This document shows positions 1-13,700 of a DNA stretch of 64,000 nt, piece by piece; positions within the stretch are counted from its first letter, which is position 1, and each line of letters opens with the position of its first letter. The position numbers were made by a program, and so were the translations under genes. The notes under the pieces are model-generated. The model did no database searches. It was not told the origin of the DNA and worked only from the letters and a program-made list of their open reading frames with translations. Source of the DNA: the human T2T-CHM13v2.0 reference genome, Homo sapiens; NCBI RefSeq assembly GCF_009914755.1, contig NC_060948.1, one strand, 5' to 3'.

Positions 1-1201
1 AATAGAAAGGATTCGAATGGAATGAAAAAGAGTTGAATGGAATAGAACAGAATGGAATCAAATCGAATGAAATGGAATGGAATAGAAAGGAATGGAATGA
101 AATGGAATGGAAAGGATTCGAATGGAATGCAATCGAATGGAATGGAATCGAACGGAATGGAATAAAATGGAAGAAAACTGGCAAGAAATGGAATCGAAAT
201 GAATGGAGTGTTATGGAACGGACTCAAAAGGAATTGAATGTAATAGAATGGAGTGGAGTGGACTCGAATATAATGGACTGGAATGGAATGAAATCACATG
301 GAATGGGAACGAATGGAATGGAATGGAAAGGAATGGAATCGAATGGAAAGGAATCGAATGGAAGGGAATGAAATTGAATCAACAGGAATGGAAGGGAATA
401 GAATAGACGGTAATGGAATGGACTCGAATAGAATGGACACGAATGCTCAAATTGAATGGACTCGAATGGAATGGAAACGAAAGGAATGTCATCGAATGGA
501 ATTGAATCGATTGGAATGAAATCGCATAGAATGGAGTGGAATCAAATGGAATTGAATCGAAAGGAAAGGAAGCGAATGGACTGAAATGAAATGGAATGGA
601 ATTGAATGGAAAGTAATGCAATGGAATAGAATGGAACGAAATTTCACGGAATGGAATCAAACTGAATGGAATCAAATCAATGGAATCAAATCAAATGGAA
701 TGGAAAGGAATTGAATGGAGTAGATTGGATTGGATGGGATTGGAATGAAATGTACTGGAAAGGACTCGAATTTCATGAAACGGAATGGAATGAATTGGAA
801 CGGAATGGACTCAAATGGAATGGAATGTCATGGAATGGCATCAAGTGGAATGGCATCAAATGGAATGGAATCGAATGCAATGGAATGCTATCGAATGGAA
901 TGGAATGCATTGGAATGGAATGTCCTCTAATGGAATGGATTCGAGTGGAATGGAATCGAATATAATGGAGTCGAATGAAAAGGAATTGAAAGGAATGGGA
1001 TCGAATACAATGGAATATACTGGAATGTAATGTAATGAACTCGAATGTAATTGACTGGAATGGAATGTACATGAATGGAATGTAATCGAATGGAAAGTAA
1101 TCCAATGGAATAGAATCTAATGCAATAAAATCGACTCAGATAGAGTAGAATGTAATGGAATGGAGGGCAGTGCAATGGAATGGAATGGAATGGAATGCAA
1201 T

Positions 1202-1231
1202 GGAATGGAATGGAATGGAATGGAATGGAAT
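1202..1231 (+). repeat. Pure (GGAAT)n tract, length-variable between monomers
   Basis: Lies between GCAAT and GGGATGGAATGGTAT: 6 pentamers in monomers 1, 2 and 7; 8 in monomer 5; 9 in monomer 4; 11 in monomer 9; 12 in monomer 3. Confidence 0.9.
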
Positions 1232-1460
1232 GGGATGGAATGGTATGGAATGGATAGTAATGGACTGGAATGAAATGGACTGGAAAAGAATGGACTCAAA
1301 TTGAAAGGGCTCGAAAGGAATGGAGTCAAATGGAATGGTCTGGAATGGAATGAACACGAATGTAATGCAATCCAATAGAATGGAATCGAATGGCATGGAA
1401 TATAAAGAAATGGAATCGAAGAGAATGGAAACAAATGGAATGGAATTGAATGGAATGGAA

Positions 1461-1614
1461 TTGAATGGAATGGGAACGAATGGAGTGAAATTGTATGCAG
1501 TAGAAGAGAATAGAATGGAATGCAAGCGAAAGGAAAGGAATGGATTGCAATGGAATGGAATTCATTGAAATGGAAGGAAATGTAGTGTAATGGACAGGCC
1601 TGGAATAAAGTGGA
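1461..1614. other. Classic DYZ1 sex-typing PCR target (154 bp), recurring in every intact monomer
   Basis: TTGAATGGAATGGGAACGAATGG (1461-1483) and GGACAGGCCTGGAATAAAGTGGA (1592-1614) match my recollection of the Y1.2 primer and the reverse complement of Y1.1. EcoRI GAATTC at 1558-1563 lies inside. Confidence 0.75.
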
Positions 1615-1971
1615 ATGCTACGGTCTCGAATGGAATAAAAATGTATGGAATGGAATGCAATGAAACGGAATCGAATGTCATAGAATGTAATGGAATGCAA
1701 AAAAATGGAATCCAAAATCATTGACTGGAAAGGCTGGGTGTCGAAAGGAATTGACTCCAATGGAATGGAATCGAATGGAATGGAAGTGAATAGAATCGAA
1801 CTAAATCGAATGGAATGGAATTGATAGGAACGGAATGGAAAGGAATGCAATGATTTGGCATGGAATGGAATCGAATGGCATCGAATGGAATGGAATGGAA
1901 TGCAATGGAATGGAATGTATTAGAATGTAATGAACATTAATGGAATGTACTCGAATGGATTCGACTGGAAT

Positions 1972-1986
1972 GGAATGTTCTGGAAG
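1972..1986. promoter_or_regulatory. Perfect trimeric heat-shock element motif HSE-1 (gGAAtgTTCtgGAAg); copies in 17 of 18 monomers
   Basis: Exact match to nGAAnnTTCnnGAAn. Binding is not shown by the sequence alone. Confidence 0.55.
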
Positions 1987-2250
1987 TGAATGGACTCCAA
2001 TGGAATGGATTCGAAAGGAATGGAATCGAACGGAATGGAATCTAATGGAATGGAATTAAATGGAAATGAATCAAATTGAATAGCCGGAATTGAATTGAAT
2101 GGAATCGAATGCAATGGAATCTAATGAAACGGAAAGGAAAGGAATGGAATGGAATGGAATGGGCTGGAATGGAAAGGAATCGAAACGAATGGAATGGAAG
2201 CGAACTGAAGAGACTGGAATGGAATGCACTGGAATGGAAGGGATTGTAAT

Positions 2251-2265
2251 GGAAGGTTCTCGAAA
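2251..2265. promoter_or_regulatory. Perfect trimeric heat-shock element motif HSE-2 (gGAAggTTCtcGAAa); copies in 18 of 18 monomers
   Basis: Exact match to nGAAnnTTCnnGAAn. Confidence 0.55.
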
Positions 2266-3276
2266 ATAATGGAAGCAAATGGAATGGAATTGAATGGAAC
2301 GGAATAGAGTCGAATGGAATTGAATGGAATGGAATGGACTAGAGTGAAATGGAATCGAACCACAAGGAATGGACAGGAATAGAATGGTCTCGAATTGAAT
2401 GGAATCGTATGGAATGGCATCAAACGGAATGGAATGGACAGCCACGGAATGGAATGGACTCGAATGCAATGGAGTCGAAACTTATGGACTGGAATAGAAT
2501 GGACTCGACTGGTACGGACTCCAATGGAATGGAATCGAATGGAAGGGATTCGAACGGAATGGACTCGAAGGGAAAAGACTGCAATGGAAAGGTCTCGAAT
2601 GGAATGGAAATTAATGGAATGGAATGGAATCGAATGAAATGGAGTCAAAAGGAATGGAATCGAATGGCAAGAAATCGAATGTAATGGAATCGCAAGGAAT
2701 TGATGTGAATGGAACGGAATGGAATGGAATCCAAAGGAATGGAATAGAATGGAATGGAATCGAATGGAAAGGACTCGAATGGAAATCACTCGAATAGAAT
2801 GCAATTTAATAAAATAGGATCAAATGTAATGGAATGGAATGGAAAGGAATCGAAACGAAAGGAATGGAGACAGATGGAATGGAATGGAACAGAGAGCAAT
2901 GGTATAGAATGGAATGGAATCATCTGGAATGGAATTGAATGGAATGGAATAATATGAAATGGAATGGAATGGAATGGAATGGAATGCCCTTGAATTAAAT
3001 GGACTGGAATGGAATGGACTCGAACAGAGTGGAATGGAAAGTGTTGAGATAGAATGGAATGGACTCCTTTGGAATGGTCTAGTATGCAATGCAATCGACT
3101 GGCAGGGAATCAAAAGGAATGTAATGGAATGGATTGGACTGGAATGCAATGGACTCGAATAGATTGGAAACGGAATGCAAAGGAATGGAATGGAATAGTA
3201 TGGAATGGAATGGAAAGGAATGGAGTGGAATAGACTAGAGTGGAATGGAATGAACTGGAAAGCAATGGACTGGAAT

Positions 3277-3291
3277 GGAACTTTCTTGAAT
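3277..3291. promoter_or_regulatory. Perfect trimeric heat-shock element motif HSE-3 (gGAActTTCttGAAt); intact in 11 of 18 monomers
   Basis: Exact match. The last GAA is GGA in monomers 2, 6, 9, 10, 11, 12 and 18. Confidence 0.5.
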
Positions 3292-3585
3292 GGACTGGAA
3301 TCAAACGGAATGGAATGCAATGCAATCAAATGGCATGGAATAAAATAGAATGAAAGAGAATCAAATGGAATTGAATCGAATGGAATCGAATGGATTGGAA
3401 AGGAATAGAATGGAATGGAATGGAATTGACTCAAATGGAATGGACTAGAATGGAATGGATTCGAATGGAAGGCAAAGGAATGGAATCTATTGGAATGGAC
3501 TGTAATGGAATGGAATGGAAGGGATTGGAATGGACTCGAATGGAATGGACTGCAATAGAAAGGATTCGAATGGAATGAAAAAGAA

Positions 3586-6500
3586 TTGAATGGAATAGAA
3601 CAGAATGGAATCAAATCGAATGAAATGGAATGGAATAGAAAGGAATGGAATGAAATGGAATGGAAAGGATTCGAATGGAATGCAATCGAATGGAATGGAA
3701 TCGAACGGAATGGAATAAAATGGAAGAAAACTGGCAAGAAATGGAATCGAAATGAATGGAGTGTTATGGAACGGACTCAAAAGGAATTGAATGTAATAGA
3801 ATGGAGTGGAGTGGACTCGAATATAATGGACTGGAATGGAATGAAATCACATGGAATGGGAACGAATGGAATGGAATGGAAAGGAATGGAATCGAATGGA
3901 AAGGAATCGAATGGAAGGGAATGAAATTGAATCAACAGGAATGGAAGGGAATAGAATAGACGGTAATGGAATGGACTCGAATAGAATGGACACGCATGCT
4001 CAAATTGAATGGACTCGAATGGAATGGAAACGAAAGGAATGTCATCGAATGGAATTGAATCGATTGGAATGAAATCGCATAGAATGGAGTGGAATCAAAT
4101 GGAATTGAATCGAAAGGAAAGGAAGCGAATGGACTGAAATGAAATGGAATGGAATTGAATGGAAAGTAATGCAATGGAATAGAATGGAACGAAATTTCAC
4201 GGAATGGAAACAAACTGAATGGAATCAAATCAATGGAATCAAATCAAATGGAATGGAGTAGATTGGATTGGATGGGATTGGAATGAAATGTACTGGAAAG
4301 GACTCGAATTTCATGAAACGGAATGGAATGAATTGGAACGGAATGGACTCGAATGGAATGGAATGTCATAGAATGGCATCAAATGGAATGGCATCAAATG
4401 GAATGGAATCGAATGCAATGGAATGCTATGGAATGGAATGGAATGCATTGGAATGGAATGTCCTCTAATGGAATGGATTCGAGTGGAATGGAATCGAAAA
4501 TAATGGAGTCGAATGAAATGGAATTGAAAGGAATGGGATCGAATACAATGGAATATACTGGAATGTAATGTAATGAACTCGAATGTAATCGACTGGAATG
4601 GAATGTACATGAATGGAATGTAATCGAATGGAAAGTAATCCAATGGAATAGAATCTAATGCAATAAAATCGACTCAGATAGAGTAGAATGTAATGGAATG
4701 GAGTGCAGTGCAATGGAATGGAATGGAATGGAATGCAATGGAATGGAATGGAATGGAATGGAATGGAATGGGAGTGAATGGTATGGAATGGATAGTAATG
4801 GACTGGAGTGAAATGGACTGGAAAGGAATGGACTCAAATTGAAAGGGCTCGAAAGGAATGGAGTCAAATGGAATGGTCTGGAATGGAATGAACACGAATG
4901 TAATGCAATCCAATAGAATGGAATCGAATGGCATGGAATATAAAGAAATGGAATCGAAGAGAATGGAAACAAATGGAATGGAATTGAATGGAATGGAATT
5001 GAATGGAATGGGAACGAATGGAGTGAAATTGTATGCAGTAGAAGGGAATAGAATGGAATGCAAGCGAAAGGAAAGGAATGGATTGGAATGGAATGGAATT
5101 CATTGGAATGGAAGGGAATGTAGTGTAATGGACAGGCCTGGAATAAAGTGGAATGCTACGGTCTCGAATGGAATAAAAATGTATGGAATGGAATGCAATG
5201 AAACGGAATCGAATGTCATAGAATGTAATGGAATGCAAAAAAATGGAATCCAAAATCATTGAATGGAAAGGCTGGGTGTCGAAAGGAATTGACTGCAATG
5301 GAATGGAATCGAATGGAATGGAAGTGAATAGAATCGAACTAAATCGAATGGAATGGAATTGATAGGAACGGAATGGAAAGGAATGCAATGATTTGGCATG
5401 GAATGGAATCGAATGGCATCGAATGGAATGGAATGGAATGCAATGGAATGGAATGTATTAGAATGTAATGAACATTAGTGGAATGTACTCGAATGGATTC
5501 GACTGGAATGGAATGTTCTGGAAGTGAATGGACTCCAATGGAATGGATTCGAAAGGAATGGAATCGAACGGAATGGAATCTAATGGAATGGAATTAAATG
5601 GAAATGAATCAAATTGAATAGCACGGAATTGAATTGAATGGAATCGAATGCAATGGAATCTAATGAAACGGAAAGGAAAGAATGGAATGGAATAGAATGG
5701 GCTGGAATGGAAAGGAATCGAAACGAATGGAATGGAATCGAACTGAAGAGACTGGAATGGAATGCACTGGAATGGAAGGGAGTGTAATGGAAGGTTCTCG
5801 AAAAAAATGGAATCGAATGGAATGGAATTGAATGGAACGGAATAGAGTCGAATGGAATTGAATGGAATGGAATGGACTAGAGTGAAATGGAATCGAACCA
5901 CAAGGAATGGACAGGAATAGAATGGTCTCGAATTGAATGGAATCGTATTGAATGGCATCAAACGGAATGGAATGGACAGTCACGGAATGGAATGCACTCG
6001 AATGCAATGGAGTCGAAACTAATGGACTGGAATAGAATGGACTCGACTGGTACGGACTCCAATGCAATGGAATCGAATGGAAGGGAATCGAACGGAAGGG
6101 AATCGAACGGAATGGACTCGAAGGGAAAAGACTGCAATGGAAAGGTCTCGAATGGAATGGAAATTAATGGAATGGAATGGAATCGAATGAAATGGAGTCA
6201 AAAGGAATGGAATCGAATGGCAAGAAATCGAATGTAATGGAATCGCCAGGAATTGATGTGAACGGAACGGAATGGAATGGAATCCAAAGGAATGGAATAG
6301 AATGGAATGGAATCGAATGGAAAGGACTCGAATGGAAATCACTCGAATAGAATGCAATTTAATAAAATAGGATCAAATGTAATGGAATGGAATGGAAAGG
6401 AATCGAAACGAAAGGAATGGAGACAGATGGAATGGAATGGAACAGAGAGCAATGGTATAGAATGGAATGGAATCATCTGGAATGGAATTGAATGGAATGG

Positions 6501-7128
6501 AATAATATGAAATGGAATGGAATGGAATGCCCTTGAATTAAATGGACTGGAATGGAATGGACTCAAACAGAGTGAAATGGAAAGTGTGGAGATAGAATGG
6601 AATGAACTCCTTTGGAATGGTGTAGTATGCAATGCAATCGACTGGCAGGGAATCAAAAGGAATGTAATCGAATGGATTGGACTGGAATGCAATGGACTCG
6701 AATAGATTGGAAACGGAATGCAAAGGAATGGAATGGAATAGTATGGAATGCAATGGAAGGGAATGGAGTGGAATAGACTAGAGTGGAATGGAATGGACTG
6801 GAAAGCAATGGACTGGAATGGAACTTTCTTGGATGGACTGGAATCAAACGGAATGGAATGCAATGCAGTCAAATGGCATGGAATAAAATAGAATGAAAGA
6901 GAATCAAATGGAATTGAATCGAATGGAATCGAATGGATTGGAAAGGAATAGAATGGAATGGAATGGAATTGACTCAAATGGAATGGACTAGAATGGAATG
7001 GATTCGAATGGAAGGCAAAGGAATGGAATCTATTGGAATGGACTGTAATGGAATGGAATGGAAGGGATTGGAATGGACTCGAATGGAATGGACTGCAATA
7101 GAAAGGATTCGAATGGAATGAAAAAGAA
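3586..7128. repeat. DYZ1 monomer 2 (3543 bp)
   Basis: 15-bp deletion at ~4255, GTCATAGAATGGC (~4365), GAAGGGAATA (5041), 1-bp deletion at ~5680. Confidence 0.9.
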
Positions 7129-10100
7129 TTGAATGGAATAGAACAGAATGGAATCAAATCGAATGAAATGGAATGGAATAGAAAGGAATGGAATGAAATG
7201 GAATGGAAAGGATTCGAATGGAATGCAATCGAATGGAATGGAATCGAACGGAATGGAATAAAATGGAAGAAAACTGGCAAGAAATGGAATCGAAATGAAT
7301 GGAGTGTTATGGAACGGACTCAAAAGGAATTGAATGTAACAGAATGGAGTGGAGTGGACTCGAATATAATGGACTGGAATGGAATGAAATCACATGGAAT
7401 GGGAACGAATGGAATGGAATGGAAAGGAATGGAATCGAATGGAAAGGAATCGAATGGAAGGGAATGAAATTGAATCAACAGGAATGGAAGGGAATAGAAT
7501 AGACTGTAATGGAATGGACTCGAATAGAATGGACACGAATGCTCAAATTAAATGGACTCGAATGGAATGGAAACGAAAGGAATGTCATCGAATGGAATTG
7601 AATCGACTGGAATGAAATCGCATAGAATGGAGTGGAATCAAATGGAATTGAATCGAAAGGAAAGGAAGCGAATGGACTGAAATGAAATGGAATGGAATTG
7701 AATGGAAAGTAATGCAATGGAATAGAATGGAACGAAATTTCACGGAATGGAATCAAACTGAATGGAATCAAATCAATGGAATCAAATCAAATGGAATGGA
7801 AAGGAATTGAATGGAGTAGATGGGATTGGATGGGATTGGAATGAAATGTACTGGATAGGCCTCGAATTTCATGAAACGGAATGGAATGAATTGGAACGGA
7901 ATGGACTCGAATGGAATGGAATGTCATGGGATGGCATCAAATGGAATGGCATCAAATGGAATGGAATCGAATGCAATGGAATGCTATGGAATGGAATGGA
8001 ATGCATTGGAATGGAATGTCCTCTAATGGAATGGATTCGAGTGGAATGGAATTGAATATAATGGAGTCGAATGAAATGGAATTGAAAGGAATGGGATCGA
8101 ATACAATGGAATATACTGGAATGTAATGTAATGAACTCGAATGTAATTGACTGGAATGGAATGTACATGAATGGAATGTAATCGAATGGAAAGTAATCCA
8201 ATGGAATAGAATCTAATGCAATAAAATCGACTCAGACAGAGTAGAATGTAATGGAATGGAGTGCAGTGCAATGGAATGGAATGGAATGGAATGCAATGGA
8301 ATGGAATGGTATGGAATGGAATGGAATGGAATGGAATGGAATGGAATGGAATGGAATGGGATGGAATGGTATGGAATGGATAGTAATGAACTGGAGTGAA
8401 ATGGACTGGAAAGGAATGGACTCAAATTGAAAGGGCTCGAAAGGAATGGAGTCAAATGGAATGGTCTGGAATGGAATGAACACGAATGTAATGCAACCCA
8501 ATAGAATGGAATCGAATGGCATGGAATATAAAGAAATGGAATCGAAGAGAATGGAAACAAATGGAATGGAATTGAATGGAATGGGAACGAATGGAGTGAA
8601 ATTGTATGCAGTAGAAGAGAATAGAATGGAATGCAAGCGAAAGGAAAGGAATGGATTGGAATGGAATGGAATTCATTGGAATGGAAGGGAATGTAGTGTA
8701 ATGGACAGGCCTGGAATAAAGTGGAATGCTACGGTCTCGAATGGAATAAAAATATATGGAATGGAATGCAATGAAACGGAATCGAATGTCATAGAATGTA
8801 ATGGAATGCAAAAAAATGGAATCCAAAATCATTGACTGGAAAGGCTGGGTGTCGAAAGGAATTGACTCCAATGGAATGGAATCGAATGGAATGGAAGTGA
8901 ATAGAATCGAACTAAATCGAATGGAGTGGAATTGATAGGAACGGAATGGAAAGGAATGCAATGATTTGGCATGGAATGGAATCGAATGGCATCGAATGGA
9001 ATGGAATGGAATGCAATGGAATGGAATGTATTAGAATGTAATGAACTTTAATGGAATGTACTCGAATGGATTCGACTGGAATGGAATGTTCTGGAAGTGA
9101 ATGGACTCCAATGGAATGGATTCAAAAGGAATGGAATCGTACGGAATGGAATCTAATGGAATGGAATTAAATGGAAATGAATCAAATTGAATAGCACGGA
9201 ATTGAATTGAATGGAATCGAATGCAATGGAATCTAATGAAACGGAAAGGAAAGGAATGCAATGGAATGGAATGGGCTGGAATGGAAAGGAATCGAAACGA
9301 ATGGAATGGAATCGAACTGAAGAGACTGGAATGGAATGCACTGGAATGGAAGGGAGTGTAATGGAAGGTTCTCGAAAAAAATGGAATCGAATGGAATGGA
9401 ATTGAATGGAACGGAATAGAGTCGAATGGAATTGAATGGAATGGAATGGAGTAGAGTGAAATGGAATCGAACCACAAGGAATGGACAGGAATAGAATGGT
9501 CTCGAATTGAATGGAATCGTATGGAATGGCATCAAACGGAATGGAATGGACAGCCACGGAATGGAATGCACTCGAATGCAATGGAGTCGAAACTAATGGA
9601 CTGGAATAGAATGGACTCGACTGGTACGGACTCCAATGGAATGGAATCGAATGGAAGGGAATCGAACGGAAGGGAATCGAACGGAATGGACTTGAAGGGA
9701 AAAGACTGCAATGGAAAGGTCTCGAATGGAATGGAAATTAATGGAATGGAATGGAATCGAATGAAATGGAGTCAAAATGAATCGAATCGAATGGCAAGAA
9801 ATCGAATGTAATGGAATCGCCAGGAATTGATGTGAACGGAACGGAATGGAATGGAATCCAAAGGAATGGAATAGAATGGAATGGAATCGAATGGAAAGGA
9901 CTCGAATGGAAATCACTCGAATAGAATGCAATTTAATAAAATAGGATCAAATGTAATGGAATGGAATGGAAAGGAATCGAAACGAAAGGAATGGAGACAG
10001 ATGGAATGGAATGGAACAGAGAGCAATGGTATAGAATGGAATGGAATCATCTGGAATGGAATTGAATGGAATGGAATAATATGAAATGGAATGGAATGGA

Positions 10101-10711
10101 ATGGAATGGAATGCCCTTGAATTAAATGGACTGGAATGGAATGGACTCAAACAGAGTGGAATGGAAAGTGTGGAGATAGAATGGAATGAACTCCTTTGGA
10201 ATGGTCTAGTAGGCAATGCAATCGACTGGCAGGGAATCAAAAGGAATGTAATCGAATGGATTGGACTGGAATGCAATGGACTCGAATAGATTGGAAACGG
10301 AATGCAAAGAATGGAATGGAATAGTATGGAATGGAATGGAAAGGAATGGAGTGGAACAGACTAGAGTGGAATGGAATGGACTGGAAAGCAATGGACTGGA
10401 ATGGAACTTTCTTGAATGGACTGGAATCAAACGGAATGGAATGCAATGCAATCAAATGGCATGGAATAAAATAGAATGAAAGAGAATCAAATGGAATTGA
10501 ATCGAATGGAATCGAATGGATTGGAAAGGAATAGAATGGAATGGAATGGAATTGACTCAAATGGAATCTACTAGAATGGAATGGATTCGAATGGAAGGCA
10601 AAGGAATGGAATCTATTGGAATGGACTGTAATGGAATGGAATGGAAGGGATTGGAATGGACTCGAATGGAATGGACTGCAATAGAAAGGATTCGAATGGA
10701 ATGAAAAAGAA
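7129..10711. repeat. DYZ1 monomer 3 (3583 bp)
   Basis: Extra HaeIII/StuI site at 7857-7862. Longest internal pentamer tract (12 units). Confidence 0.9.
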
Positions 10712-13700
10712 TTGAATGGAATAGAACAGAATGGAATCAAATCGAATGAAATGGAATGGAATAGAAAGGAATGGAATGAAATGGAATGGAAAGGATTCGA
10801 ATGGAATGCAATCGAATGGAATGGAATCGAACGGAATGGAATAAAATGGAAGAAAACTGGCAAGAAATGGAATCGAAATGAATGGAGTGTTATGGAACGG
10901 ACTCAAAAGGAATTGAATGTAATAGAATGGAGTGGAGTGGACTCGAATATAATGGACTGGAATGGAATGAAATCACATGGAATGGGAACGAATGGAATGG
11001 AATGGAAAGGAATGGAATCGAATGGAAAGGAATCGAATGGAAGGGAATGAAATTGAATCAACAGGAATGGAAGGGAATAGAATAGACGGTAATGGAATGG
11101 ACTCGAATAGAATGGACACGAATGCTCAAATTCAATGGACTCGAATGGAATGGAAACGAAAGGAATGTCATCGAATGGAATTGAATCGATTGGAATGAAA
11201 TCGCATAGAATGGAGTGGAATCAAATGGAATTGAATCGAAAGGAAAGGAAGCGAATGGACTGAAATGAAATGGAATGGAATTGAATGGAAAGTAATGCAA
11301 TGGAATAGAATGGAACGAAATTTCACGGAATGGAATCAAACTGAATGGAATCAAATCAATGGAATCAAATCAAATGGAATGGAAAGGAATTGAATGGAGT
11401 AGATGGGATTGGATGGGATTGGAATGAAATGTACTGGAAAGGACTCGAATTTCATGAAACGGAATGGAATGAATTGGAACGGAATGGACTCGAATGGAAT
11501 GGAATGTCATGGGATGGCATCAAATGGAATGGCATCAAATGGAATGGCATCGAATGCAATGGAATGCTATGGAATGGAATGGAATGCATTGGAATGGAAT
11601 GTCCTCTAATGGAATGGATTCGAGTGGAATGGAATTGAATATAATGGAGTCGAATGAAATGGAATTGAAAGGAATGGGATCGAATACAATGGAATATACT
11701 GGAATGTAACGTAATGAACTCGAATATAATTAACTGGAATGGAATGTACATGAATGGAATGTAATCGAATGGAAAGTAATCCAATGGAATAGAATCTAAT
11801 GCAATAAAATCGACTCAGATAGAGTAGAATGTAATGGAATGGAGTGCAGTGCAATGGAATGGAATGGAATGGAATGCAATGGAATGGAATGGAATGGAAT
11901 GGAATGGAATGGAATGGAATGGAATGGGATGGAATGGTATGGAATGGATAGTAATGGACTGGAGTGAAATGGACTGGAAAGGAATGGACTCAAATTGAAA
12001 GGGCTCGAAAGGAATGGATTCAAATGGAATGGTCTGAAATGGAATGAACACGAATGTAATGCAACCCAATAGAATGGAATCGAATGGCATGGAATGTAAA
12101 GAAATGGAATCGAAGAGAATGGAAACAAATGGAATGGAATTGAATGGAATGGGAACGAATGGAGTGAAATTGTATGCAGTAGAAGAGAATAGAATGGAAT
12201 GCAAGCGAAAGGAAAGGAATGGATTGGAATGGAATGGAATTCATTGGAATGGAAGGGAATGTAGTGTAATGGACAGGCCTGGAATAAAGTGGAATGCTAC
12301 GGTCTCGAATGGAATAAAAATGTATGGAATGGAATGCAATGAAACGGAATCGAATGTCATAGAATGTAATGGAATGCAAAAAAATGGAATCCAAAATCAT
12401 TGACTGGAAAGTCTGGGTGTCGAAAGGAATTGACTCCAATGGAATGGAATCGAATGGAATGGAAGTGAATAGAATCGAACTAAATCGAATGGAATGGAAT
12501 TGATAGGAACGGAATGGAAAGGAATGCAATGATTTGGCATGGAATGGAATCGAATGGCATCGAATGGAATGGAATGGAATGCAATGGAATGGAATGTATT
12601 AGAATGTAATGAACTTTAATGGAATGTACTCGAATGGATTCGACTGGAATGGAATGTTCTGGAAGTGAATGGACTCCAATGGAATGGATTCAAAAGGAAT
12701 GGAATCGTACGGAATGGAATCTAATGGAATGGAATTAAATGGAAATGAATCAAATTGAATAGCACGGAATTGAATTGAATGGAATCGAATGCAATGGAAT
12801 CTAATGAAACGGAAAGGAAAGGAATGCAATGGAATGGAATGGAATGGAATGCAAATGAATCGAAACGAATGGAATGGAATCGAACTGAAGAGACTGGAAT
12901 GGAATGCACTGGAATGGAAGGGAGTGTCATGGAAGGTTCTCGAAAAAAATGGAATCGAATGGAATGGAATTGAATGGAACGGAATAGAGTCGAATGGAAT
13001 TGAATGGAATGGAATGGACTAGAGTGAAATGGAATCGAACCACAAGGAATGGACAGGAATAGAATGGTCTCGAATTGAATGGAATCGTATGGAATGGCAT
13101 CAAACGGAATGGAAAGGACAGCCACGGAATGGAATGCACTCGAATGCAACGGAGTCGAAACTAATGGACTGGAATAGAATGGACTCGACTGGTACGGACT
13201 CCAATGGAATGGAATCGAATGGAAGTGAATCGAACGGAATGGACTCGAAGGGAAAAGACTGCAATGGAAAGGTCTCGAATGGAATGGAAATTAATGGAAT
13301 GGAATGGAATCGAATGAAATGGAGTCAAAAGGAATGGAATCGAATGGCAAGAAATCGAATGTAATGGAATCGCAAGGAATTGATGTGAACGGAACGGAAT
13401 GGAATGGAATCCAAAGGAATGGAATAGAATGGAATGGAATCGAATGGAAAGGACTGGAATGGAAATCACTCGAATAGAATGCAATTTAATAAAATAGGGT
13501 CAAATGTAATGGAATGGAATGGAAAGGAATCGAAACGAAAGGAATGGAGACAGATGGAATGGAATGGGACAGAGAGCAATGGTATAGAATGGAATGGAAT
13601 CATCTGGAATGGAATTGAATGGAATGGAATAATATGAAATGGAATGGAATGGAATGGAATGGAATGCCCTTGAATTAAATGGACTGGAATGGAATGGACT

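Larger units (their letters stand above)
33..3585. repeat. DYZ1 monomer 1 (3553 bp), haplotype 'A'
   Basis: Monomer boundaries are set arbitrarily at the landmark TTGAATGGAATAGAACAGAATGG. Markers: AAAATAATGGAAGCAAAT (~2263), AAACTTATGG (~2478), GGGATTCGAACGG (~2545). Confidence 0.9.

Noticed and set aside
637-780. Partial HSEs GAAatTTCacGGA (~638) and TTCatGAA (~772)
   Set aside because: Each has only two correctly spaced units, so they are not counted as perfect trimeric HSEs.
720-1108. DUX4-like motifs AGATTGGATTG (~722) and TAATCCAATGG (~1098)
   Set aside because: Each has two mismatches to the TAATCCAATCA-type consensus, and both are polymorphic among monomers.
2801-2820. AT-rich island GCAATTTAATAAAATAGG and other AATAAA hexamers (~1123, ~1603, ~1633)
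   Set aside because: AATAAA arises easily from GGAAT variants on an A-rich strand. There is no downstream GU/U-rich element or transcript evidence in the sequence.
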